Origin: Candidatus Omnitrophota bacterium | Lineage (GTDB): Bacteria; Omnitrophota; Gorgyraeia; Zapsychrales; Fredricksoniimonadaceae | DNA: 64,000 nucleotides | Direction: 5' to 3' | Assembly: GCA_963828495.1 (NCBI GenBank) | Contig: CAWHFJ010000014.1 | Coordinates: 105,538 to 169,537 of the forward strand | Part shown: positions 29,190 to 37,387 of the stretch, one piece after another | Layout of the letters: each line of letters starts with the position of its first letter | Numbering within the stretch: position 1 is the first letter of the stretch | Notes under the pieces: model-generated | What the model saw: only the letters and a program-made list of their open reading frames with translations | Told to the model about the DNA's origin: nothing | Databases searched by the model: none | Translations under genes and position numbers: made by a program

Positions 29190-32100
29190 TTATACAGGAA
29201 CTGTAGGCGCAGCCGAATTCTCCTGTGCACCTAAAAACTGCCTTAAATCCGTCATCGGCTGGATATTGATAATGACCGGCACAAAGCCCGGGGCGTTACG
29301 TAACTGTTCAAGCATGGCAGGGTCAAGGCGGAATTTGATCCCTGTTCCGGCATTTTGTGTCTGTAAATTCATATGAGCAGGGGTTAAGTCAATACCGCCG
29401 GTATTTGTCTTCATCGCCCGATTTGATTCTTGCCCGGCCGATTGGGTGCTATTCCTATTTTTATCATAATTTTCAACAATTTCTTTTAAAACAGCTCCCC
29501 ACCCTTTACCGCTATCTTCATCATAAACTTTAATAAACTCTATGTCCGGCATCATTTGCTTGAATGTATCAATAAGATGGTAATAATTTGGCCCTACGAC
29601 TATATACTTAACATCACTCATAGTATTAATAGCTCTCTGATCAACCCCGCCAATCAACATAAAACTTCCCATAAAAACCGATTGCAGGGGTGCCTCCTCA
29701 ATATTCCCAATAGGACCAGTATAAAAAGCTCGCGTTGGATCGATCCCATATTTTAGAAAATAAAGAAATTTCTCCAACCGTTGCTGTTTTGCTACACCAT
29801 GCGCTTGAAATCTTATTCCTATCTCATTAATAGGACCATGGGCCCGCATTTCTTCTTCGTCATTAAATCTCTGTGTGGGGCCTTGAATACGCTGATTCAA
29901 CGAATCTACTAAATGACGGATCTCTGCTTCTCTATTATTTTTTGTCTCCAGAAAAGCTGCAATTTCGCCTTTTTTATCGAGTTGGGACCACTCTGCTCTC
30001 ATGCCGTATTGGTACAATTTAGCTATATCGGCTTCCTCCAAATCATCTCTGCGGTCAATGTCACGAAAAGAAGTAAAATCATCCAAAACGAAAACAGGCT
30101 TTCCCTCCGGGGACATAAAAACTTGAAATTGTGAAGGGTAAAAATTCCTTGCTGAAGGCACCACCTTATCTCCTATTAAATTACTTAAAACATTTATTAA
30201 TTCACGGATCTCCTCAGAGTTTAACGATTCTTTTTCACTAAGTCTTTGTCCATGGATCGCCTTCACCCTAAGATAATAATAACCTTCTTGATTCTCCTGC
30301 CAAGCTTCTGTCTGTCCATAACCAATCACACCAGGCAATAAACCTTCTTGTTGAGCCAGGCCGTATGAATGTAATAAGGATCCCAAAGGATCATACGTCC
30401 GGCTTTTTCGATCAGAAAACAAATAAATATCTTCACCATCGTGCCGGAAAATATATAAACCGCCTCCTTCATAAATTAAACTACTTCTCAGATCATGGCC
30501 ATCAATGACAAGGTCTGCACCGTTTTGGCCAAATACAACTTTTCCTTTGATTGGATTAAACGGTATTTCATCATTTAAACGCACGGCCATCGCCTGATTC
30601 ACTATAGATTCCAGTTCCGGGGACACTGCGGCAGAATGGCTTACTTGTTCAATGGCCATCCTCGAAAATGATGAACCATTAAGGTCTTTAATGATCGTTT
30701 GATGTAAATCATAATATGGCCCTAACTCTGCATCACGATACCCAAGCTTTTGATAAAATCTGTCAAAATTAAGCCTGCCGACTTGTTGAGCATAAAATTG
30801 TTCTGCTCCTTCAAAATACGCTACCCGTTCAGCCAATCCCATCAAAGAACTTCCAATACCCTTATATCCGCCTTCATAAGAGCTGGTAACTTGGGGATCA
30901 ACAAAAATGGCATCAGAAGGTTGATACCGGTCAGTCCAAGCATCGGATGGGAATCCTATATCCATTAATGCAAAAATTTTCTTCAGGTTTCTGTTTATTG
31001 TGAAATGAACATATCCGATTTTTTGACCATCTAAATACACATCAATTAAATACCGATGACGATTGGATGTCTCTTTTTTCTGATACTTAAACTCAAAATG
31101 AGTGCCATCGCTGGCCGTTAGCGTGATCCCTTCAGAACTGCCCCTAATCCACCTCTGTACGGTCTCATTAATTTCAGCATCATGCGTATTCTGGATCATC
31201 GCCTGATCAGCAGTTACTTTATCAATTTTTTGTTTTGCGGCGACGGGGTCATTCATCCAGTCCTTACTGCCTTCCTCCTGGATCATCGTCCTTGCCAGAA
31301 GCAGGGCTTTTTCGACACTTCCTGCTTTATGAACAAAATATCGAGCTAAATACAACCCGATCGAATGGGAGATGATGTAGGGATCTTCCATTTTAACTAA
31401 ATCAGGTCGGCTTTTTAAGAATGCCTCTTGGGAGAGACTTTGATTAAAAAAGTCTCTTCCTATTTGGAAAAAAATAACCGGGATATCATTACCGCCTGCA
31501 ATTCTAGCCAATGCATCAAACATCTCATGAACACTGGAGTCTTTCTTGTTTTCCCTACCTGCCAGATTTTCAAACATTAAATGCCCTACTTCCGAAATAA
31601 CACCCCGCTCTCCATTATCGGGATCTATATTCAACAGATGCCTGGAACCAATCCGGTCATCCTCTAGGAAGGAACTGCCTTTCCCAAAACTAAGGTCATC
31701 TTCCGCTGTTCGCAGGGCGATATCCCAAAATTGATCTGACATGGACAATACATCAGACAATAAGGATTCGAGATTAATATTATGAGGATCCGTTGCAAAT
31801 TGCAGGCCTTCTGTCTTTAACATTAAAATATCTACTTCTAAACTCATTCTTTGCTCTTCAGAAATACTTTGCCCCTGATAGAATATATTCAGATAATTTA
31901 GAACTGTTTGAAGGAATTCTCCCTGTTTTTTTCTTATTCCAGTCGTATTTGATTTAACGACGAGTGCTGAATTCTTTATTTCTTGAATCCTGACATTATC
32001 CAGTCCATATAAATGAGCAAGCCAATCGATAGCATGTTCCACTTGGATTTTTAATTCCTTATCTTCCAAAGTATCTACGTCGCCATGGCGCATTATGAAA

Positions 32101-35100
32101 TCTTTCGATAACTTGACCTTTCGGGTTTTCCCCCGTCTTAGAAGATAATCAAAAGCCGTGCCGCTTTTTAATAACCCGTCTTTTTGTTGATTATATAAAG
32201 AATTTAATTCTGCCCTTAAATTTGGAGGCATTGCCACAACATCATTTTCATCTTGGGTGGCTTGAGAATCTTTCCATGCCACAAATTTTGATTCTAATTC
32301 GGGAAATAAAGTGCTCACAGCATCTGTTAGACTGTTGAGAGTGGATCTGCGCCGGATTTCAGCCCCTTCCAGCGCTCTTTTAACCCTATAAAGATCCTCT
32401 TCTATCGGATGGCCCCTTCTTAGAAATCCTGTAAATGTTTGAGGATCTTTAAAAACACTCAGAGGTATATTTTGTTGAGGGGAAGAGATCTCTGCCCGAT
32501 CAAGAGCCAATTGGGCGCTGTCCCCTGCATCGCCTAAAATCTTTAAAACAGTTACCCCCGGGAATATACTGTCCACATGTTTATGTCTGTTCCGCTCCAA
32601 AATAGAGTCCGCAATGCCATCCGGACTATCGTCCTCAGAGATGACATCCTTTTTCAATTCCGGGATCCCTGATGTCATAATCACAAAATCTCCCTCATCA
32701 ACTGGAATGTTTATTGATTCTATATCTCCTGAAACACTTTTACTCTCATCATACGCTCTAAGCTCACCGGATTTCTTAAAAACATATATACGATTCATGC
32801 TTTTATTCTGAACAATCGTAACAAATTGATGACCCTCCGGATCTTGCCAAGCCCCGGCAAGGTTGATATTGACTACTGTACGCAGTGCAGTCGGATTAAC
32901 TTTATAATAACGTCCTATCTGTTCTTCCCCGGCTTGAACAGCTTTTACCAGAAAACCTTCAATCTCTTCCAGGCTTTGGGACGCCTTGGCTTTTTGCCAT
33001 TCGCCCAATTCAGAATTAAAATATTCTCCAATGATATTGTAAACCTCTTTTGTTAATACAACACTGCTTCCGCTAACCAATTTAGCCCGCCCTTGCACCC
33101 TGTCAACATTCCCGAAAGTTTTTCTTAATTTCCCCAGTTCTTTAAATACCCCCAAAATGTACGATGAATCCGGTACTGCCGTCCATTCTAAAGTGGCATC
33201 CTGATTACGACTGCGGAAATATAGTCTGTATTTGCCCTCACCGGTGGGATCAACCCGGATCCTAAACTTTTTGCCTTCTTCATGCTTCACCCCTAATGAT
33301 ACATCTTCAAAGGATTCAGTAGATTCCTCACCTTTAGCTCGAAGCTCCATCCTTACCACTCCCTCTTTAACCCTAATAATATAAACACTATCACCAACTA
33401 CCACTTTGACTCCTTTTTTACCGAAAGTGACAAAATCAGACCTCTTTCTTGGAATAGAAAGCCATTGAGCAACTTCTTGTTGGGCTTCAAGGGCCCATTT
33501 GTTCCTCTCGCCTGCTTTCCAGAACAACTGTGCCCCCCTGTCAGGAGTATCTAATACTTTTAATTTTCCTGCTAATCCTGCCTTCATCATATTTTTTTCA
33601 GGGAAAATTATGTTTAAAGCAATATGATCCACCTGAACAACCCCACCTGGTACAATAGGATAAAGAAAAACTGGAACTGTTGGAAAATATCGATGATTCC
33701 TATAATAATTCCACATCATTTCATCATTGCCGAAGTCTTCTTCATTAATCATCGCCCGATCAAGAGCCAATTGGGCGCTGTCCCCATTTTTCCCGTTTTC
33801 TCCAGCCTTATTTCCCCTTCTCAATATCCGCGCAATATTCCCTAAACGCCATTTTGAAGTGCCGGGTTCTACAGTTAAATTTACGTTATCAGCAGATGAT
33901 GAAATAAATTTTGCTCTAAGTTGGGGAGTTGCACCAATAATCCTTAAAACGAATTCTTCTGCCACATATCGACATGTGCTCCTATATTCTTCCACTACTT
34001 GTGAACCCTTTTCTCCCAATTTCTTCGCCTCAGCCGGGCTTTCCATTAATTTTTGTAAATTAGCCCAGCTAAAATTTTTGATGGCTTTTCTTTTCTCTAG
34101 CTCTGTTTTTAGTTCTATATTATTCCCCCAATCTCCTGGAAGAACCAAAGTCGGGACCCCTGTAACGGCCGGCTCCGCAACATTCCTATCATGACCCAGC
34201 ACGTTTACAGTGCCCAAATTATATAATGCAGGAAGATCTCCCATAGTATCAACTACTAAAATATTACTATCTTTCACATCAACACCATGAATCCCCATAT
34301 TAGATTCCTGATGCTTTAGAGAGTCTTCCAAATAAGCCCAAGAATGATGACTGCCATAACGTTCCTGCAACCTTCTTCTTGCTTTGAGATCGGGAGGCTT
34401 AACTACAACTCTAAAAGCAAGGATGACCAAGGGACGCTGTCCTGCAGGAAGATCTCTATATAACAACGTTTCATTATTTTCTCCCTTTGTTGTCAGCGAA
34501 TCATATGCTTGCATAATTTCATCAAGCTCATCCATCATCCTGGGCGAACCGACAACCATTACTTTCCTTTCTAAACTTATACCTAAAGATTTTTTTATAC
34601 TATTTATTTTATATGGAGGGAGTTTTTCCGGAAGATCAAATTTTAACGGAACATTAGGCGCAGAAGCATAAGTCCGTCCCACAAAGGAATATACTGATAT
34701 ATCCCCGTACGTCCTAAAACCTACTTGAATTTTCTCTTTCTTAAAATCCCGAATCTGCTTTATAACGCTCCCCGGAGAAACTGTTTCAACGCTCTGTGGG
34801 TTCGTTATTTCATCATCATAATACAATGTTATGTTCTCTTTTTGAATACCCATTTCCCTTATAAGCCCTCTTGCAGCATTGATAGAGGCTACCCTATCTA
34901 ATTTTATAGCTAATTTTACCGAACTATCATTGATCGTCATTTTGATTTTTTGCAGCATACGATCAAGGCAAATTTCCGGATTATCAAGAAACCCCGAATT
35001 TTCTCTTAACAATGCTTTTTCAATAAAATTTTCCCCTCTTCCTTCTTTTTTATAAGCAGGATCCTCGGCAACGCCTCTGTTAAGAGCATCAAATATACGG

Positions 35101-36695
35101 AATAATTCTTCCAACTGCTCAACTTTCCAGTTAGCTATTTCATATGCGGCAGCAGGTTCATCATTTAATATCGCAAGCATTTTTAAATAATAAGATAGAC
35201 GGCTTTCCGAAAGCTTTCTTCCATATACCTTTCGGAACATAGCCTCAACTTCTTCTCTGGCAACCCCTCCTTCTTTGGCAACAAGCCTTTGCGAAAAATT
35301 GCTTAACCATTCCTTAAATTTCCCATAACTAGTTTGTTCTCTACTTTCACTCTCTTGTCCTTCAGTATTTATTGCCTGCTTTTCGACCAATGGAACTTTA
35401 TTCTCTATTTCAATCTTCTTTTCTGAAGTGCGGTTAAATATTCGATCTATAACTTTTTTAATTGAAAACATGGCAAGATCTGCGCTCACTATGCTGTACT
35501 TTTGAACATCATCTGACGTCGAAGCTGGAAGATTATGAACTATCTCCATCGCAAAATTAGACTTTAAATTAGTTTCCCCGTTCATAGCAAAATCAAAATT
35601 GACTCCCCCCGAAAAATACTTTCTGGGGATCACTTGTTGGGTCAGTAGATCCGGTTCTTCTTTGATATAGTTGTAAACGCCTTTTTTAAATGCCTGTAGA
35701 TACCGCTCATAAATCTTCTGTTTTTCCTGCGGATCATCAATATTTACACCTGCGACTTTATTTTTGTCTGAATATATTTGAGACAAAATGCTATCCTTAA
35801 CTTTCTTTTTGTACCATGTGGCTAAGATGAGACTGTTGTAGGCCTGACGGAGTTTGGCGAAATTTTTGTCCTCATTAACCTCTTTGGTTAATTCGGGGAT
35901 AACAATTTCGCGGACGATTTGGGAGCCTAAAGCATTGATGCCTCCCCCTTCATGGGAGAGTGGATCATTATCCGTATGTTTTTTTAATGATAAATAATCC
36001 TCCTCCAGCATCACCTTTAATTTGCTTTCAACCACATACGCCGTCCCGGCTTGGGCATTTTCGTACACAACAGCTTTTTCTGGCACTATCCATACCTTAT
36101 TAAACGTATTGACCGGAATATTGGTTGTGCCAAATTTTTTGGCTGCTTCTTCATAGATGCGTTTCCAAAATTTCTTGCCTGTTTTATCTTCAGGATAAAT
36201 CAAACTCGCTGTGATCTGCTTAAGCATGTAGTCTTCTGCTAATAAATCCCGGCCCATTTCGGTTAGGCCAAAGCTTTGGGGAATGATACGGTCTTTTTCA
36301 TATGGGCTTAAATTGACCCACAGGTCTTTTTCGGGAATGGTTAGGCTGGCAAGGAAATACTTTATTAGTTTTGTGGCTTCCTCTTTCAAACTCCCTCTAT
36401 CCCCCTCTTTAACTAAATAGGGGGAATCTCCTTGATCTAAAATAAAATCAAAACGGAATGGGTTATCTGAATTTACTTTGATGCCTTTTAATATGGGAGG
36501 ATTAAATTCCGGGCTTAAATGAACCATGACCCCGGGGGCCGGCAAACGAAATTCCCCGCCTGCCCCACCTGTGGTGGGGCCTGTCCACGAAGCATTTTGA
36601 GCTTGGGCCGTCGGTAGTGGACCCAACGCATTAGACAGAAAGGCGAGGATTATAACTAAAGAGATAACTTTTCTTATATCTAAATTTTCTCCCAT
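29190..36695 (-). CDS. giant (2,501 aa) multidomain protein of unknown function with a signal peptide
   Basis: A single uninterrupted 7,506-nt ORF. The N-terminus MGENLDIRKVISLVIILAFLSNALGPLPTAQAQ looks like a Sec signal peptide. Embedded motifs resemble a GT30/WaaA C-terminal half (PLKFD.., ILVVDTMGDLPALY, HDRNVAEPA) and a GNAT domain (GGYKGIGSSLMGLAE..FYQKLGY). The C-terminus is GGIDLTPAHMNLQTQ..PVIINIQP..FLG. Confidence 0.9.
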   Translation of the reverse strand: MGENLDIRKVISLVIILAFLSNALGPLPTAQAQNASWTGPTTGGAGGEFRLPAPGVMVHLSPEFNPPILKGIKVNSDNPFRFDFILDQGDSPYLVKEGDRGSLKEEATKLIKYFLASLTIPEKDLWVNLSPYEKDRIIPQSFGLTEMGRDLLAEDYMLKQITASLIYPEDKTGKKFWKRIYEEAAKKFGTTNIPVNTFNKVWIVPEKAVVYENAQAGTAYVVESKLKVMLEEDYLSLKKHTDNDPLSHEGGGINALGSQIVREIVIPELTKEVNEDKNFAKLRQAYNSLILATWYKKKVKDSILSQIYSDKNKVAGVNIDDPQEKQKIYERYLQAFKKGVYNYIKEEPDLLTQQVIPRKYFSGGVNFDFAMNGETNLKSNFAMEIVHNLPASTSDDVQKYSIVSADLAMFSIKKVIDRIFNRTSEKKIEIENKVPLVEKQAINTEGQESESREQTSYGKFKEWLSNFSQRLVAKEGGVAREEVEAMFRKVYGRKLSESRLSYYLKMLAILNDEPAAAYEIANWKVEQLEELFRIFDALNRGVAEDPAYKKEGRGENFIEKALLRENSGFLDNPEICLDRMLQKIKMTINDSSVKLAIKLDRVASINAARGLIREMGIQKENITLYYDDEITNPQSVETVSPGSVIKQIRDFKKEKIQVGFRTYGDISVYSFVGRTYASAPNVPLKFDLPEKLPPYKINSIKKSLGISLERKVMVVGSPRMMDELDEIMQAYDSLTTKGENNETLLYRDLPAGQRPLVILAFRVVVKPPDLKARRRLQERYGSHHSWAYLEDSLKHQESNMGIHGVDVKDSNILVVDTMGDLPALYNLGTVNVLGHDRNVAEPAVTGVPTLVLPGDWGNNIELKTELEKRKAIKNFSWANLQKLMESPAEAKKLGEKGSQVVEEYRSTCRYVAEEFVLRIIGATPQLRAKFISSSADNVNLTVEPGTSKWRLGNIARILRRGNKAGENGKNGDSAQLALDRAMINEEDFGNDEMMWNYYRNHRYFPTVPVFLYPIVPGGVVQVDHIALNIIFPEKNMMKAGLAGKLKVLDTPDRGAQLFWKAGERNKWALEAQQEVAQWLSIPRKRSDFVTFGKKGVKVVVGDSVYIIRVKEGVVRMELRAKGEESTESFEDVSLGVKHEEGKKFRIRVDPTGEGKYRLYFRSRNQDATLEWTAVPDSSYILGVFKELGKLRKTFGNVDRVQGRAKLVSGSSVVLTKEVYNIIGEYFNSELGEWQKAKASQSLEEIEGFLVKAVQAGEEQIGRYYKVNPTALRTVVNINLAGAWQDPEGHQFVTIVQNKSMNRIYVFKKSGELRAYDESKSVSGDIESINIPVDEGDFVIMTSGIPELKKDVISEDDSPDGIADSILERNRHKHVDSIFPGVTVLKILGDAGDSAQLALDRAEISSPQQNIPLSVFKDPQTFTGFLRRGHPIEEDLYRVKRALEGAEIRRRSTLNSLTDAVSTLFPELESKFVAWKDSQATQDENDVVAMPPNLRAELNSLYNQQKDGLLKSGTAFDYLLRRGKTRKVKLSKDFIMRHGDVDTLEDKELKIQVEHAIDWLAHLYGLDNVRIQEIKNSALVVKSNTTGIRKKQGEFLQTVLNYLNIFYQGQSISEEQRMSLEVDILMLKTEGLQFATDPHNINLESLLSDVLSMSDQFWDIALRTAEDDLSFGKGSSFLEDDRIGSRHLLNIDPDNGERGVISEVGHLMFENLAGRENKKDSSVHEMFDALARIAGGNDIPVIFFQIGRDFFNQSLSQEAFLKSRPDLVKMEDPYIISHSIGLYLARYFVHKAGSVEKALLLARTMIQEEGSKDWMNDPVAAKQKIDKVTADQAMIQNTHDAEINETVQRWIRGSSEGITLTASDGTHFEFKYQKKETSNRHRYLIDVYLDGQKIGYVHFTINRNLKKIFALMDIGFPSDAWTDRYQPSDAIFVDPQVTSSYEGGYKGIGSSLMGLAERVAYFEGAEQFYAQQVGRLNFDRFYQKLGYRDAELGPYYDLHQTIIKDLNGSSFSRMAIEQVSHSAAVSPELESIVNQAMAVRLNDEIPFNPIKGKVVFGQNGADLVIDGHDLRSSLIYEGGGLYIFRHDGEDIYLFSDRKSRTYDPLGSLLHSYGLAQQEGLLPGVIGYGQTEAWQENQEGYYYLRVKAIHGQRLSEKESLNSEEIRELINVLSNLIGDKVVPSARNFYPSQFQVFMSPEGKPVFVLDDFTSFRDIDRRDDLEEADIAKLYQYGMRAEWSQLDKKGEIAAFLETKNNREAEIRHLVDSLNQRIQGPTQRFNDEEEMRAHGPINEIGIRFQAHGVAKQQRLEKFLYFLKYGIDPTRAFYTGPIGNIEEAPLQSVFMGSFMLIGGVDQRAINTMSDVKYIVVGPNYYHLIDTFKQMMPDIEFIKVYDEDSGKGWGAVLKEIVENYDKNRNSTQSAGQESNRAMKTNTGGIDLTPAHMNLQTQNAGTGIKFRLDPAMLEQLRNAPGFVPVIINIQPMTDLRQFLGAQENSAAPTVPV
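32494..32525. repeat. 32-nt exact direct repeat, copy 2 (within the giant ORF)
   Basis: gcccgatcaagagccaattgggcgctgtcccc is identical to 33754-33785. In frame on the minus strand it encodes GDSAQLALDRA (aa 1391-1401). Confidence 0.95.
33754..33785. repeat. 32-nt exact direct repeat, copy 1 (within the giant ORF)
   Basis: Identical to 32494-32525. Encodes GDSAQLALDRA (aa 971-981). The spacing is exactly 1,260 nt, or 420 codons. Confidence 0.95.
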
Positions 36696-36804
36696 AACTA
36701 AAGTATAAACTATCTATATAGAATTTGCCACTTGGTGAGAATTTTGGGGAATTGTCTGTTTTTTAAAGCGGCTTTGGAGCCAGGGCCTCCCCTCATACCG
36801 GGGA

Positions 36805-37383
36805 CTATCGCAGGTCGTAAATTCTATCTAAAATGCGTTGGGATGCTTGTTCATAGCTGGGCGCATCCTTAACGAAAAACGGCTCTCCAAAGGTGGCGGA
36901 CACCGGGCCTCTTTTGAGAAATTTAGTGCCGGGAGCCATGACTTGATTGGTCCCTTGCAGATAAACGGGCACCACCGGTACCCCGGATTTGATCGCTAAA
37001 AAACCAGCCCCGGCCTGGGCTTTGGGTAGCGCATTGCCGATACGCCTGGTCCCTTCCACAAAAATCAAAATCACCCTGCCATTTTTTAAACGCTTGAGCG
37101 CTTCTTTCATAGCGCCTAAATCCGCCTCACCCCTTTTGACCGGAAAAGACCCCAGACGGGTCAAAACAAACCCTAAAGCGCCCTTAAACAGCTCTATCTT
37201 GGCCATAAAATTAATCCGGCGCACGGAACAAATACCTAAAAGCACCGGGTCCAGATTGCTGATGTGATTACTGGCTAAGATAAAAGCGCCCTGACGCGGG
37301 ATGTTGCGGGTCTGATGGGCGCTGAAAGGAAAAAAAAGCCAGCTGACAACCTTGGTTAAGAAATAGACGATGTAATAAATCAT
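36805..37383 (-). CDS. plsC: 1-acyl-sn-glycerol-3-phosphate acyltransferase family protein
   Basis: 192 aa. Contains NHISNLDP (HX4D) and FVEGTRR. Has an N-terminal membrane anchor. Confidence 0.85.
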   Translation of the reverse strand: MIYYIVYFLTKVVSWLFFPFSAHQTRNIPRQGAFILASNHISNLDPVLLGICSVRRINFMAKIELFKGALGFVLTRLGSFPVKRGEADLGAMKEALKRLKNGRVILIFVEGTRRIGNALPKAQAGAGFLAIKSGVPVVPVYLQGTNQVMAPGTKFLKRGPVSATFGEPFFVKDAPSYEQASQRILDRIYDLR

Positions 37384-37387
37384 ACAT

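Noticed and set aside
29190-36695. The giant ORF considered as an RHS/YD toxin, an RTX or Ig-repeat adhesin, an NRPS/PKS, or a phage tail fibre.
   Set aside because: I found no YD/RHS repeats, no GGxGxD nonapeptides, no tandem Ig-like periodicity, no adenylation, thiolation or ketosynthase motifs, and no adjacent phage or mobile genes.
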